The notes: generated from the letters alone by a model not told the origin. DNA of 64,000 nucleotides from Lachnospiraceae bacterium (GCA_963661545.1 CAVLCU010000001.1:51-64050); one strand, 5' to 3'; positions 51,124 through 61,266 are shown, counted from the first letter of the stretch. Program-made: numbers and translations.

Positions 51124-53115
51124 TCAGCAGATCTCTGCTCCGGAGGGCATATCCCGTTCCGGTGTCAGCAAGGACAGTCTGCCTTCGGCGTCCTCTGCGC
51201 ACAGAAGCATACCCTCTGACAGAACTCCCGCCAGCTTGGCCGGTTTCAGGTTCACCAGGACCATAACCTTCTTCCCCACCATTTCCTCCGGTTTGTAATG
51301 AGCCTTGATACCGGATACAATCTGCTTCACCTGGTCTCCGATCTTCACCTGGGAGCAAAGGAGCTTCCGAGACTTGGGAACCTCCTGGCAGGCGATGATC
51401 TGGCCTACAGCAAATTGCATTTTGCCGAAGTCCTCAAAGCTGATCTCCGGCTTGAGATCCAGATGGAGATCCTTAGCACCCTCAGCATCCTCAGCCTGCT
51501 GTCCTTCTTCCTGGCCTGCCCCTTGGGCGGCATGGAGGGCTTCCGCCTTGTCCAGGACCTCCTTGACATCCAGGCGGGCAAAGAGGATCTCCGGATGATC
51601 CGTCACATGACCGCCGGAGGGATAAAGGCCAAATTGATCCAGCTCCTCATAGTCCCTTTTGCTGGCTCCCAGCTGGTTCAGAATCCGCTGGGTGGTCTCC
51701 GGCATAAAGGCCTCCAAAAGGGAAGCTCCTACCGTAATACTGTCTACCAAATGATAGAGCACCGTAGCCAGCCGGTCCCTCTTGGCCTCATCCTTGGCCA
51801 GAGCCCAGGGCATGGTCTCATCAATATACTTGTTGCACCGCTTGAAGAGGTTGAAAATCTCCGTCAGGGCATCCGCCACCCGCAGCTCCTCCATCTTGTC
51901 TGCCACCTTGGCAGCCGTGCCGGTTACCACCGCCTTCAGATCCTGATCCACCGCTTCCTGGACACCTGGATTGGTTACCAATCCCCCGAAGTACTTGCCG
52001 GACATGGAAATGGTTCGGTTAACCAGATTGCCCAGGGTATTGGCCAGGTCGGAATTCATCCGCTCCACCATCAGCTCCCAGGTAATCACCCCGTCATTTT
52101 CAAAGGGCATCTCGTGGAGGACAAAATAACGCACGGCATCCACGCCGAAGATGCTGACCAGATCATCCGCATAGAGAACATTGCCCTTGGACTTGCTCAT
52201 CTTGCCATCCCCCTGCAAAAGCCAGGGATGACCGAATACCTGCCGGGGCAGGGGCAGATCCAAAGCCATCAGGAAGATGGGCCAGTAAATGGTATGGAAG
52301 CGGATAATATCCTTGCCGATCAGGTGCAAATCCGCCGGCCACAGCTTCCGGAACTGGTCGCTGCCGGTTCCGTCGCAATCATAGCCGATCCCTGTAATGT
52401 AGTTGGTCAGGGCATCCAGCCATACATAAACCACGTGCTTGGGATCAAAATCCACCGGAATACCCCAGCGGAAGGAGGTTCTGGATACACACAGATCCTG
52501 CAGGCCCGGCAGGAGAAAGTTGTTCATCATCTCATTCTTCCGGGAAACCGGCTGGATGAATTCCGGATGGGCATTGATATGGTCAATCAGCCTCTGGGCA
52601 TACTTGCTCATCTTGAAGAAATAAGCCTCCTCCTTGGCCGGGGTCACCGGACGTCCGCAATCCGGACACTTCCCGTCCACCAGCTGAGACTCGGTAAAAA
52701 AGGACTCACAGGGGGTACAATACATGCCCTCGTAATATCCCTTATAAATATCTCCCTGATCGTAGAGCTTCTTGAAAATCTTCTGGACCTGGCGCTCATG
52801 GGGGGCATCGGTGGTGCGGATAAACTTGTCATAAGAGGTATTCATCAGGTCCCAGATTCCCTGAATCTGACCGGACACCTCATCCACAAACTCCTTGGGA
52901 GTCACCCCCTTCTCCTCTGCCTTCAGTTCAATCTTCTGGCCATGCTCATCCGTTCCCGTCTGAAAGAATACATCATAGCCCTGCTGCCTGCGAAAACGGG
53001 CAATGCTGTCCGCCAGGACGATCTCATAGGTATTTCCAATATGAGGCTTGCCGGAGGTATAGGCAATCGCCGTTGTCATATAATATTTCTTCCTGATTTT
53101 TTCCATCTCTCGCAT
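51124..53115 (-). CDS. metG: Methionine--tRNA ligase
   Basis: PHIGN (HIGH-like), KMSKS, Zn knuckle and C-terminal tRNA-binding OB domain. Confidence 0.98.
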   Translation of the reverse strand: MREMEKIRKKYYMTTAIAYTSGKPHIGNTYEIVLADSIARFRRQQGYDVFFQTGTDEHGQKIELKAEEKGVTPKEFVDEVSGQIQGIWDLMNTSYDKFIRTTDAPHERQVQKIFKKLYDQGDIYKGYYEGMYCTPCESFFTESQLVDGKCPDCGRPVTPAKEEAYFFKMSKYAQRLIDHINAHPEFIQPVSRKNEMMNNFLLPGLQDLCVSRTSFRWGIPVDFDPKHVVYVWLDALTNYITGIGYDCDGTGSDQFRKLWPADLHLIGKDIIRFHTIYWPIFLMALDLPLPRQVFGHPWLLQGDGKMSKSKGNVLYADDLVSIFGVDAVRYFVLHEMPFENDGVITWELMVERMNSDLANTLGNLVNRTISMSGKYFGGLVTNPGVQEAVDQDLKAVVTGTAAKVADKMEELRVADALTEIFNLFKRCNKYIDETMPWALAKDEAKRDRLATVLYHLVDSITVGASLLEAFMPETTQRILNQLGASKRDYEELDQFGLYPSGGHVTDHPEILFARLDVKEVLDKAEALHAAQGAGQEEGQQAEDAEGAKDLHLDLKPEISFEDFGKMQFAVGQIIACQEVPKSRKLLCSQVKIGDQVKQIVSGIKAHYKPEEMVGKKVMVLVNLKPAKLAGVLSEGMLLCAEDAEGRLSLLTPERDMPSGAEIC

Positions 53116-53270
53116 TCTCTCCTTATCTCATGGCCAGGGAAGCCCTCCCCGGCCATATCTTCCCCTATCATAGCATAAACGACTTGTAAAGACAACGACT
53201 TTGAAAGCCCCGGCAAGCAGCCCGATAGGAAATGAAAGCGAGCTCAGACCAGGTCTGGGCTCGCTTTCGT

Positions 53271-54398
53271 CTATTTCATGGGGTCTATGGTTTCCTCCGC
53301 AAGGTCTTCCGGCAGCCAGGCGGTTCCCGGCGGAAGCTTTCTCAGGAAGATCCGTCCCTCATTCTCCGGATATTTGGATTGATGAAATTTGAAGAGAAGG
53401 GTCCCGTCCGGCATTTTCCCGGCTATCTCTATCTTGCCCAGGGGATGGGACATACAGAATCGGAAGCATTTGCCCAGGCCATTTTGCTGGGCCTTTGCCT
53501 GCTCCACGATATCATAGCCCCTTTCCAGGGGTACCTGGAAGCGGTTCTTGACTCCGCTGACCGGTCGGCATTGAAACAGATAATAGGGCACAACCCCCGC
53601 GGCTGTCAGCTTGCGCAGAAGCAGCCCCAGGGTCTGAGGAGAATCGTTCACCCCCCTTAGCAGAACCGTCTGATTCTTGACCACAATCCCGCAGGTACGC
53701 AAGGTCTCCACAGCGGCCAGAGCCTCCCGGGTCACCTCATGGGGATGATTAAACTGGGTGACCAGATAAATCTGCTTTTTCCTGGCTGTCTTTCCTAAGA
53801 GGGCTGCCAGCTCCGGATCTTTTGTGATACGCATGGGAAAGGTCACCGGGATGCGGGAGCCTATCCGGATCAGGTCCAGATGTTCCATGGAAGAGAAAAC
53901 CTCCAGATAATGCGCCAGCATTTCCTGGGACATCATGAGGGCATCCCCTCCGCTTAGAAGCACATTGGTCACTTCCTTATGGTGGCTGACATAAGCCGCA
54001 ATTTGGTCAAAATGCCGGGCAATCTCCTCCTCAGAAAGCCCTACCAGCCGCCTTCGAAAGCAGTGACGGCAGTACATGGCGCATTGATTGGTAGTCAAGA
54101 TCAGAGCCGTCTCCCGGTATTTGTGCTGGAGACCCTCACATCTGGTATTGCTGGCCTCATCGCTGGTATCCAATCGGCCGCTTCTGTCCAGCTCCAGGAG
54201 GCCGGGGATGCACATCCTTCGTATGGGATCGTCGGGATCCTCCCAGTTGATCAGGGAAAGATAGTAGCGAGTGACCGACATGGGATACTCCTGGCACAAT
54301 TCCCGCATGGCTTCCGTCTGCAGCCTATCCAGCCCAAGCTGTTCGCTGAGCCTTCCAATATCCCTGATATTCTGTTCCAGTTCCTTCTTCCATGTCAT
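53271..54398 (-). CDS. KamA-family radical SAM protein (lysine 2,3-aminomutase-like)
   Basis: GLQHKY, CAMYCRHCFRRR, VLLSGGD, NQTVLLRGVND, PYYLFQC and SHPLGKIEI. ATGA overlap with the upstream radical SAM gene. Confidence 0.88.
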   Translation of the reverse strand: MTWKKELEQNIRDIGRLSEQLGLDRLQTEAMRELCQEYPMSVTRYYLSLINWEDPDDPIRRMCIPGLLELDRSGRLDTSDEASNTRCEGLQHKYRETALILTTNQCAMYCRHCFRRRLVGLSEEEIARHFDQIAAYVSHHKEVTNVLLSGGDALMMSQEMLAHYLEVFSSMEHLDLIRIGSRIPVTFPMRITKDPELAALLGKTARKKQIYLVTQFNHPHEVTREALAAVETLRTCGIVVKNQTVLLRGVNDSPQTLGLLLRKLTAAGVVPYYLFQCRPVSGVKNRFQVPLERGYDIVEQAKAQQNGLGKCFRFCMSHPLGKIEIAGKMPDGTLLFKFHQSKYPENEGRIFLRKLPPGTAWLPEDLAEETIDPMK

Positions 54399-55546
54399 AT
54401 GGCACTCGCCTCCTTGCTGACAGTCCTGGTTTGGGTGTCCCTCTCCATCCACTGGGCTCCTGCCTGCAAAAAGGCCTCTGTTTTGGCACAGAGATAGTCC
54501 GGCAGGCCGGTAAATTCTCCCGTCTCCGCCTGGGCTACTGCCGGACAAATCTCACAGATTTCCTTCCATTGACAGGCGGTACAGGGGGCGGGCAGGAGAA
54601 TCTTCTCCCTCTCTGCCCGGATAGCATCCCAGGAGGAGACAAAGCCCCTCTCTCTCACATCCACCGTGGGATGGTTCATCATTCCGCAGGGACGCATCTG
54701 CCCATCGAAGGTAATCCAGAAGGTGGTGGCACCGGCCCGGCAGCGAATGGGCTCTGTGGGGAATTCCTGACATTCCTGCATCTTCCTCACGGCCAAGCCT
54801 GACCCCATACGGGCGGTTCTCTCCCTGAGTTCCTCCGGATCAAAGCGATAGGTTTCATACTCCCATTGGACCCGCCCGGCCTCCTGGGGACTTAGCCTTG
54901 CGGATAGCCGGCCCTGGCCTTCCCAGACCCTCACCGGGGGAAAGAGGTAGGAGGCGGTCTGGACCAGCAGGTCGTTGGCCCGGGCGAAGTCATAGACGGC
55001 CGGCAGATCCCCCACATTCCAGGGTGTTGCGCTGTAATTCAGCTTGATCCGGATTCCGGCCTCCTTCAGAGCCTTCACCGCCCTGTAGGTTCGCTCATAG
55101 GCAGCGAGATCCCCGCACAGCCTTCCGTAAGTCTCTGCCGATGCCCCATAGAGGGTGATATTGACCCGCAGGGGGGGATTCCGGCGGAAGAATTCCACCA
55201 TCTCCCCATCCACCAGGCTGCCATTGGTATTGATCGACAAGAGGAGCCCCAGATCCCTGCAGCCCTTGTAGATCTCCCGAAAATCCGACCGCAGCAGGGG
55301 CTCCCCTCCAGTCAGCAGGAGGAGGAGCATCTGCCTGTCCCTGGCGGTCTGCGCCAGAGACAGCCATTCCCTGGTGGTCAGTTCCCTCCTGGCCGCCTCC
55401 CCATCCTTCTTTCTCTGATGGATATAGCACATGCGGCAGTCCAGGTTGCAGCGGGCGGTCAGTTCAAAAGTCCCCGACAGGGGCAGCCCGGGCTCATGAC
55501 TTTTGGCAAATAAAGAATCAATCCATTGCGAATAGGATAGGGTCAT
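54395..55546 (-). CDS. Radical SAM/SPASM-domain peptide maturase-like protein
   Basis: ELTARCNLDCRMC, TGGEP and NTNG; SPASM-type Cys pattern CRAG..ITFDGQMRPC...CTACQWKEICEICP...C. No N-terminal RRE visible. Confidence 0.88.
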   Translation of the reverse strand: MTLSYSQWIDSLFAKSHEPGLPLSGTFELTARCNLDCRMCYIHQRKKDGEAARRELTTREWLSLAQTARDRQMLLLLLTGGEPLLRSDFREIYKGCRDLGLLLSINTNGSLVDGEMVEFFRRNPPLRVNITLYGASAETYGRLCGDLAAYERTYRAVKALKEAGIRIKLNYSATPWNVGDLPAVYDFARANDLLVQTASYLFPPVRVWEGQGRLSARLSPQEAGRVQWEYETYRFDPEELRERTARMGSGLAVRKMQECQEFPTEPIRCRAGATTFWITFDGQMRPCGMMNHPTVDVRERGFVSSWDAIRAEREKILLPAPCTACQWKEICEICPAVAQAETGEFTGLPDYLCAKTEAFLQAGAQWMERDTQTRTVSKEASAI

Positions 55547-56451
55547 CTTCCACAGTCCTCCATCGTGCGCTCCAGACACCTGACGGCTCCCTCCTCCGGT
55601 CTGCAGGAGAGTCGGATCACAGGAATCCTCTGCATCAGGGGCAGGAGACCTTCCATCAGCCTTTGATGGCAATCTTCCACCTTATTATGGCCAAAGGTAT
55701 TGTTCAAAAGGCCCGACAGGGCCTCCGCTCCCTGCACCGGCTCTGCCCGATTGTCCTGCCCCTGACTTAAGAGGACAAGGGCGCGAAGGGGCAGCCGATA
55801 GTCCTGACAGATCCCGGAGGTGCCGCAAAAGGGCAGCCCCCAGGCCAGGGCCTGGCCCTCCCGGCAGGAAAGAGCCACCTTATCTCCATTGAGGGGCCAA
55901 GCTCCCCTCAGCTTTTCCCAGAGAGCCGCCTGGGTGGATTTCCCCACCCCGGAGGGACCCACAAAGGCCACCACGCCCCCCTGGAAAGCCACCGCCGAGG
56001 CATGCAGGACCACCACCCCCTGAAGCAGCAGCTGGTAAGGCAGATCCATGGCAGGCCATATATTACGGATAAGGCTGGCATATTCCACCATGCCAGCCTC
56101 CGTCATCAGGCGAATCTCCCCGCCCAGGACCGGGTAATCCGCCCTCAGGCAGGCCTCCCCGGTCCATCGATTCAGGGTCACCAGGGACAGGCGGGTCTGG
56201 TCCTGTCCCCGGTAGAGTCTGGTGAAGGGCCCCTGCCCCAGCAGAATCCCCCCCGGCCGGGGCAGGTTATCCACCAGCTCTATCACCACTCCTATATCCC
56301 TCCTCGCTTCTTCTCTCCCCCTTCTTGTCTCTTTCGCCTCTTCCCTGGAATCCCCCCGGCGGAAGAGGCGGGAGTTGGGATCCTCCCTCAGAGCAAAGGG
56401 AGCTTCCAGTCTCAGAACCAGGCCTCCTATCCCATAATGATAGAGGTACAT
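55543..56451 (-). CDS. HPr-kinase-like P-loop protein (putative peptide kinase)
   Basis: LHASAV...GPSGVGKSTQA, LNGD and PFCGTSG. ATGA overlap with the radical SAM gene. Confidence 0.78.
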   Translation of the reverse strand: MYLYHYGIGGLVLRLEAPFALREDPNSRLFRRGDSREEAKETRRGREEARRDIGVVIELVDNLPRPGGILLGQGPFTRLYRGQDQTRLSLVTLNRWTGEACLRADYPVLGGEIRLMTEAGMVEYASLIRNIWPAMDLPYQLLLQGVVVLHASAVAFQGGVVAFVGPSGVGKSTQAALWEKLRGAWPLNGDKVALSCREGQALAWGLPFCGTSGICQDYRLPLRALVLLSQGQDNRAEPVQGAEALSGLLNNTFGHNKVEDCHQRLMEGLLPLMQRIPVIRLSCRPEEGAVRCLERTMEDCGR

Positions 56452-56458
56452 GCCTGTT

Positions 56459-56692
56459 CTAGGAATTCATCAGCAGGTTGCTGGTGGAGGTAAAATAGCA
56501 ATAACCAGTCAGGGGGTTTGATTGGCACTGGGCTGAATCTCCCGTGAGAGCAAATTCCTGAAAAATAGGATTCCTGGGACAGGAATTTTCTTCTGTCAGA
56601 TTCATATAGAGTTTAACACCACAGGCGGCAATGCCCTCGGATAACTCGAATTTCACCAGCCGGGCCTCCGGCTTCACATATTTTTTCTTCAT
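56459..56692 (-). CDS. Putative RiPP precursor peptide (77 aa, 4 Cys, C-terminal Ser)
   Basis: SD GAAGGGAGG; MKKKYVKPEARLVKF leader; Cys24/38/56/65; ends LLMNS; 7 nt upstream of the kinase start. Confidence 0.8.
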   Translation of the reverse strand: MKKKYVKPEARLVKFELSEGIAACGVKLYMNLTEENSCPRNPIFQEFALTGDSAQCQSNPLTGYCYFTSTSNLLMNS

Positions 56693-56715
56693 TTCTCTCT
56701 TCCTCCCTTCCGGGG

Positions 56716-59700
56716 TCAGGTTGCTGCCTGAATGGTTACAGAAATGGGCTGGCTGGCCTTGCCCTCCCTGTCATAAGCAGTCACCACATAGGTATAGGAA
56801 CCGGCCTGGGTCTGCTTAAAGCTCTTGCTGAAGGAATAATCCTTGACCTTTCCTGCATCCGCCGCCTTCTTGTTGGTGGGAGTCAGGGTAACGGGCTCTT
56901 CCTGGCCGGGAAGCTTCACCGTAACATGATCCACATCCTTGGAGGTGGTCACCTTCAAGGTATAGCTTCGATTGATCTTAGTAGATGCCGGGAGGCTTAC
57001 CTCCAGTTTTTCCGGCTGGAAGGCATTCCCCGCCTGCTCCACCAGCTTCACCACCTGCTCCCCCAGGTTTCCGCTGGCAACCGGGCGAATATGGCTGCTG
57101 ACCTTCAAACCGCTGAGGGAGAGAATTCCCGTGGAATCCGCCTCATTGGTGATGACCACATAATCCATGCCCAGCTGGCCCGTCTCATCCTGGGTCACCT
57201 CCACCGGGTAATACATCTCTGTGGCGGTGGAAGCCAGTCCTTCGATGGAAGAGGTCACTGTTCCCTCCCCCAGCTGCTTGGCACTGACCTGAACCGTATC
57301 TCCCGCCTGGTAGCCCACCAGACCAAAGGCAATGGTGGCGCCGGGAGCCAGGTAAACCTCATTCTGCGGTCCCTGCTGCTTGTAATTGGCTATATCCGCT
57401 GTTCCGGTGGAACCCTCGTATTCGATATAAACCGCCGCATTCTCTATGATCCCGTCTTCCTCCAGCTCATTAATGGTGGTTTTCAGGAAGTCGAAGAGGG
57501 AATAATAGGAGGTTCCCTGCTCGGCGCTTTCGTAGCTCTCCTCATTTTCCAAAGGCTGGTAGACCCGGAAGGCGTCGATATAGACAGCGATCTCTGCATT
57601 GCCCGCACCCTCGGAGGCCGTCCTCGTGGATGCCGCAAACAGAGAGCGGAAGAAGCTGCTAAACCGGGAGAAGAAGCCCCTGCTTGTCTTCTCCTGGGTC
57701 TCGCCGGAGTCTGTCTCCTCTTCTGTCCTTTGTCCAAGGTCCGGACCGCTTCCCCCATTGAGCAGGCTGTTGTCATCCATAAAGGAGACCTCCACCCCTG
57801 CTTCCAGATATTCCTCCATGCCTGCTGCGGTCAGGATGGCCTCCGGGGACACCGAGCTAGTCTCCTGACTGGACCCCTGGCTGATCTCCTGACTTGTCGC
57901 CGGGCTGGCCTCGGATGCCTCATCGGCATAAAGGAGATTTTCCGCCTGGAGGAAACCTGCGGTTTTGGCCTTGCTCCCGCTTCCGCCCTGGCTGGCCGGG
58001 CTGATATCATTTTCTGTACCGGAGCCCTGGGCTGCCCCGGAACCGGCCGTCAGATAACCCTTTACCGTGACCCTATAGGTGCCATAAGGCAGTCCCTGCT
58101 TTCTGACCACCGGAACCTGATAATCCAGGATGCCACTGCCGGTTACCAGGGAATCATCTCCCCGGAAATAGGTATCCACCAGATAGCCCTGGACCACCTC
58201 TCCCTGGGCATTCTTCAGACCTACCACCAGGAGGCCGGTATTGGTTCCGCACTCGGAGATGAGATCGAAACCGGTTCCTGTGAAGGTAAAGGCAGCCTCA
58301 TCTGTGGCAGTCTCCAGACTCAGGACTGCCTTCTTGGCACTTCCCAAACTGAAGCCGGTATCCTCTGCATAGGCCTCTGAATAGCCATAGGGGATCTCAT
58401 GATCCGCCACCTGCCTGCTTTCTGCCCCCTCCGTCTGGCTTTCTGCCTCCCCGGTCGGCACCCAGGCGCTGGTCTCCCCGGGGGTACTTACCAGGTTTTC
58501 CTCATACAGGACATTCGTCTCCGGCAGGAAGGTAATGGCCTTATTGACCTTATAATTTCCGGCAAAGGTCAGGGTCAGATTGGCCCTCCTGCCGGTATTG
58601 ACCTCCGCCGGTGTATAGGTGACTGCATTGGCCTGTCTGTCCAATAGGACATCGGGAGGATTCCCCTCCAGGGTAACCCCGGCAGCCTGCTTTTCTACCT
58701 GGTTGGTTCCGGCCAGGACTCCCTCATACCGGTTGCCTATCCCAAAATCATAGGTATAGGTCAGAGCCTGGGGCTCATAGGTGATGGTCAGCTTGCCCGA
58801 AGTGGTCGTAATCCGATAGGTGTTGGAAATGTCATTTCCCTGGCTGTCCTTTACCAGCACCGTACTTGAATAGCTAATGCCATTGTCATATATGCCGGGA
58901 TTGATTCCCCGGGCGGTGGTAAAGATCACATTCTGAATGATGCCATTTCCATCTGTGGTCAGGTAGGTTCCATCCTCTCTTCTGGTCAGCTTTTCTGTCC
59001 CCATATAGATTGCAAATCCGGGAACCGTCTTTTCGCTGCCGTCATAGGGCTGGATATCACTGTCCGCCACGATACGGATGGCCTGGCGATCCAGGGTGGT
59101 ATACAAGACCTGGATGACATTGTCCCCTTCCACCACTGTATAGGGCAGAGTCCCCTGCTGTACTCCATCGCTTACATTGGTATTTCCGGCCGTCTGGATG
59201 GCCTCCGCCTTTTTATAATTCAAGTTGTTGACTTCATAGCCCTCCGCCAGACTGATCTGGGTTCCCACCGGAACACCGGTGATAAAGCTGGTGTCCAGAA
59301 GATTCCCCTCCTCCAGGGTATCCAGGTAATACTTCACCTGTACCGTGGCCGTCTGCTGGGAGGTCTTGGTCAGCTTGAGCTTGAGTTCATCCATACCTCC
59401 GTTTATACTGTTATCAAAACAGTAAATATCCATATGGATCCTTTTCCCGGCCAGGGACTGATTCCCATAGTGATTTTTCAAGACCGTGGAAATGGTGGCG
59501 CCGTCTGCGGAGACATACCAGCCATCCGTATGATTCAGATAGGAGGCATTGGGTATGGCTACCACTCCTTCCTTGGTCACCGCCTGATTGGGATAAACCC
59601 CATAAAAAGCACGGGTAGCATAGGTTCCATGATAAGAAGCAGGCACAGTCCTTCCCCAGTCAGCGCTGACATTTGTGACATCCGACCAGATTCCCTTGCC

Positions 59701-61266
59701 CACGGTTCCGGAATAGAAGGCCAGATAGGAATCATCTTCCAGACTGGTGGGGGCATCTCCTTCCATGTATACATAGACATACATGTCGTCATTGATGGCG
59801 ATGATCCTCCGGTTGCTGACTCTGGCGCTGGACCCCTCATGCTCCTCAATATAATCATAGATGGGCTGATACTTGCTGTCATTGGCCGAGACCAGGGTGA
59901 TGGTATCATCCAGGTCATAGCCCTCGGGCCAGACAAAGGTTCCGGATATCTTGCGGACATCCGCTTTTTTCCAATCCTGGGTTCCACTGGGCCAGTGATT
60001 CCAGGTCGCCGCGCTGATTCCCTCCCCGCCCACAGTGCTTTTATTGGAATATTGGCTTGCGGTATTATAATCCCATACCGTCATGGAAGAATCCGTATCC
60101 AGGTTCAAAACATCCCCATCCGACCAGCTGATGGTCTGGTAATCCCCGGTTCCCCCCTGGTCGATATATTGCAGATCCCTTACCAGCTTCCCGTTGGTCC
60201 CCTGGCTATAGGTGACATTGTATTTTGGCTCCAGGGTTCGTGACCAGGTGATCTCCGGATAGACAGCCGTAACTGCCTTCAGGGCATCCCTGGCTGCCTT
60301 CAGGGCTGTCATAGTGGTCAGACCAGCCACTGCCTCCTCCTGGCTGGCATAGGTTTCCACTCTCTCGTAGGCCGTCTGAGCCTTCTCCCGGGCAGTCACA
60401 AAATCCGCCCAGCTACTTACCGAATAATCATCCCGGTTCAAAGCCTGGGACTCCGTCAGCAGGCTAGCCGCCGCTTCCGTCCACTCGATCCCATAAACCG
60501 TCCCGGCAGGCTCCGTGGTTTGATGGAAGAGGTAGAGGTCACTGCGGTTTCCGTAGCTAGACGAATAGCTGTTCTCTTGGCTGCTATAGACCAGATAATA
60601 GGAGGCCTGAGATGCCATATACGTTGCTCCAATCTGAACAGAGCTTTCTCCCGTAATGCTCACGGGATAATAGGTATAAAAAGTGGAATTTCCTGTCGTA
60701 ATCTGTCCAGCATACGGATAGAGGTAGGTTCCATCCTGGTCCTTCAGATAATAATAAGTGCCGTTTGCCTCCAGGGTGAACTCTGCCGTCTCCTGGCTTG
60801 TCCGGATCTTGCCATCGGTAATGGTTACCGGGGCACTCCCCCCGGTCTTGGTCAGGGCATAGGCATCTCCGCTGTTGGAGCTGAGGATCAGGTACTTGTC
60901 CCCTGCCACGATTCCCCCGGCTCCATTGGCCACCAGGTCATAATAGGTTTCCCCGCTGCCGCTGGTCTGGGTCACCCTGCCATATTCTGTCACTGTCCCC
61001 CCATCATCGGGATGATCTCCCCCGTCTTGCCCCCCTGCATCCACAGAGGCGGTCTGCAGGCTGCCGTCACTGCCTACAATCGTATATTCATATCCCTTTT
61101 CCGGGTCTGCGGTGGTATCCGTGTAGGTGCCCCCCTCCACCGTTCCCAGCAGTTCCCCATATCCCTGGTCGCCCTGGTCTGTCCTGTCTGCCAAGGCACT
61201 GACAGGCAGGAGGGAAAGCACCATGCAGATCGACAGCAGGAAGGACCATATTCTACTCTTTTTCAT
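56716..61266 (-). CDS. Large secreted multidomain protein (about 1516 aa) with no recognisable wall anchor
   Basis: Signal peptide MKKSRIWSFLLSICMVLSLLPVSALA; FIVAR-like DYSVSSWADF; MBG-like YDG..V; beta-rich C-terminal region; no LPxTG, SLH or TM tail. Alternative GTG start 61275. Confidence 0.8.
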   Translation of the reverse strand: MKKSRIWSFLLSICMVLSLLPVSALADRTDQGDQGYGELLGTVEGGTYTDTTADPEKGYEYTIVGSDGSLQTASVDAGGQDGGDHPDDGGTVTEYGRVTQTSGSGETYYDLVANGAGGIVAGDKYLILSSNSGDAYALTKTGGSAPVTITDGKIRTSQETAEFTLEANGTYYYLKDQDGTYLYPYAGQITTGNSTFYTYYPVSITGESSVQIGATYMASQASYYLVYSSQENSYSSSYGNRSDLYLFHQTTEPAGTVYGIEWTEAAASLLTESQALNRDDYSVSSWADFVTAREKAQTAYERVETYASQEEAVAGLTTMTALKAARDALKAVTAVYPEITWSRTLEPKYNVTYSQGTNGKLVRDLQYIDQGGTGDYQTISWSDGDVLNLDTDSSMTVWDYNTASQYSNKSTVGGEGISAATWNHWPSGTQDWKKADVRKISGTFVWPEGYDLDDTITLVSANDSKYQPIYDYIEEHEGSSARVSNRRIIAINDDMYVYVYMEGDAPTSLEDDSYLAFYSGTVGKGIWSDVTNVSADWGRTVPASYHGTYATRAFYGVYPNQAVTKEGVVAIPNASYLNHTDGWYVSADGATISTVLKNHYGNQSLAGKRIHMDIYCFDNSINGGMDELKLKLTKTSQQTATVQVKYYLDTLEEGNLLDTSFITGVPVGTQISLAEGYEVNNLNYKKAEAIQTAGNTNVSDGVQQGTLPYTVVEGDNVIQVLYTTLDRQAIRIVADSDIQPYDGSEKTVPGFAIYMGTEKLTRREDGTYLTTDGNGIIQNVIFTTARGINPGIYDNGISYSSTVLVKDSQGNDISNTYRITTTSGKLTITYEPQALTYTYDFGIGNRYEGVLAGTNQVEKQAAGVTLEGNPPDVLLDRQANAVTYTPAEVNTGRRANLTLTFAGNYKVNKAITFLPETNVLYEENLVSTPGETSAWVPTGEAESQTEGAESRQVADHEIPYGYSEAYAEDTGFSLGSAKKAVLSLETATDEAAFTFTGTGFDLISECGTNTGLLVVGLKNAQGEVVQGYLVDTYFRGDDSLVTGSGILDYQVPVVRKQGLPYGTYRVTVKGYLTAGSGAAQGSGTENDISPASQGGSGSKAKTAGFLQAENLLYADEASEASPATSQEISQGSSQETSSVSPEAILTAAGMEEYLEAGVEVSFMDDNSLLNGGSGPDLGQRTEEETDSGETQEKTSRGFFSRFSSFFRSLFAASTRTASEGAGNAEIAVYIDAFRVYQPLENEESYESAEQGTSYYSLFDFLKTTINELEEDGIIENAAVYIEYEGSTGTADIANYKQQGPQNEVYLAPGATIAFGLVGYQAGDTVQVSAKQLGEGTVTSSIEGLASTATEMYYPVEVTQDETGQLGMDYVVITNEADSTGILSLSGLKVSSHIRPVASGNLGEQVVKLVEQAGNAFQPEKLEVSLPASTKINRSYTLKVTTSKDVDHVTVKLPGQEEPVTLTPTNKKAADAGKVKDYSFSKSFKQTQAGSYTYVVTAYDREGKASQPISVTIQAAT

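Noticed and set aside
53116..53270. T-box leader upstream of metG
   Set aside because: The leader is too short and no T-box consensus was seen.
56600..56692. IAAC in the 77-aa peptide as a lipoprotein lipobox
   Set aside because: The preceding residues are charged (KPEARLVKFELSEG), with no hydrophobic h-region.
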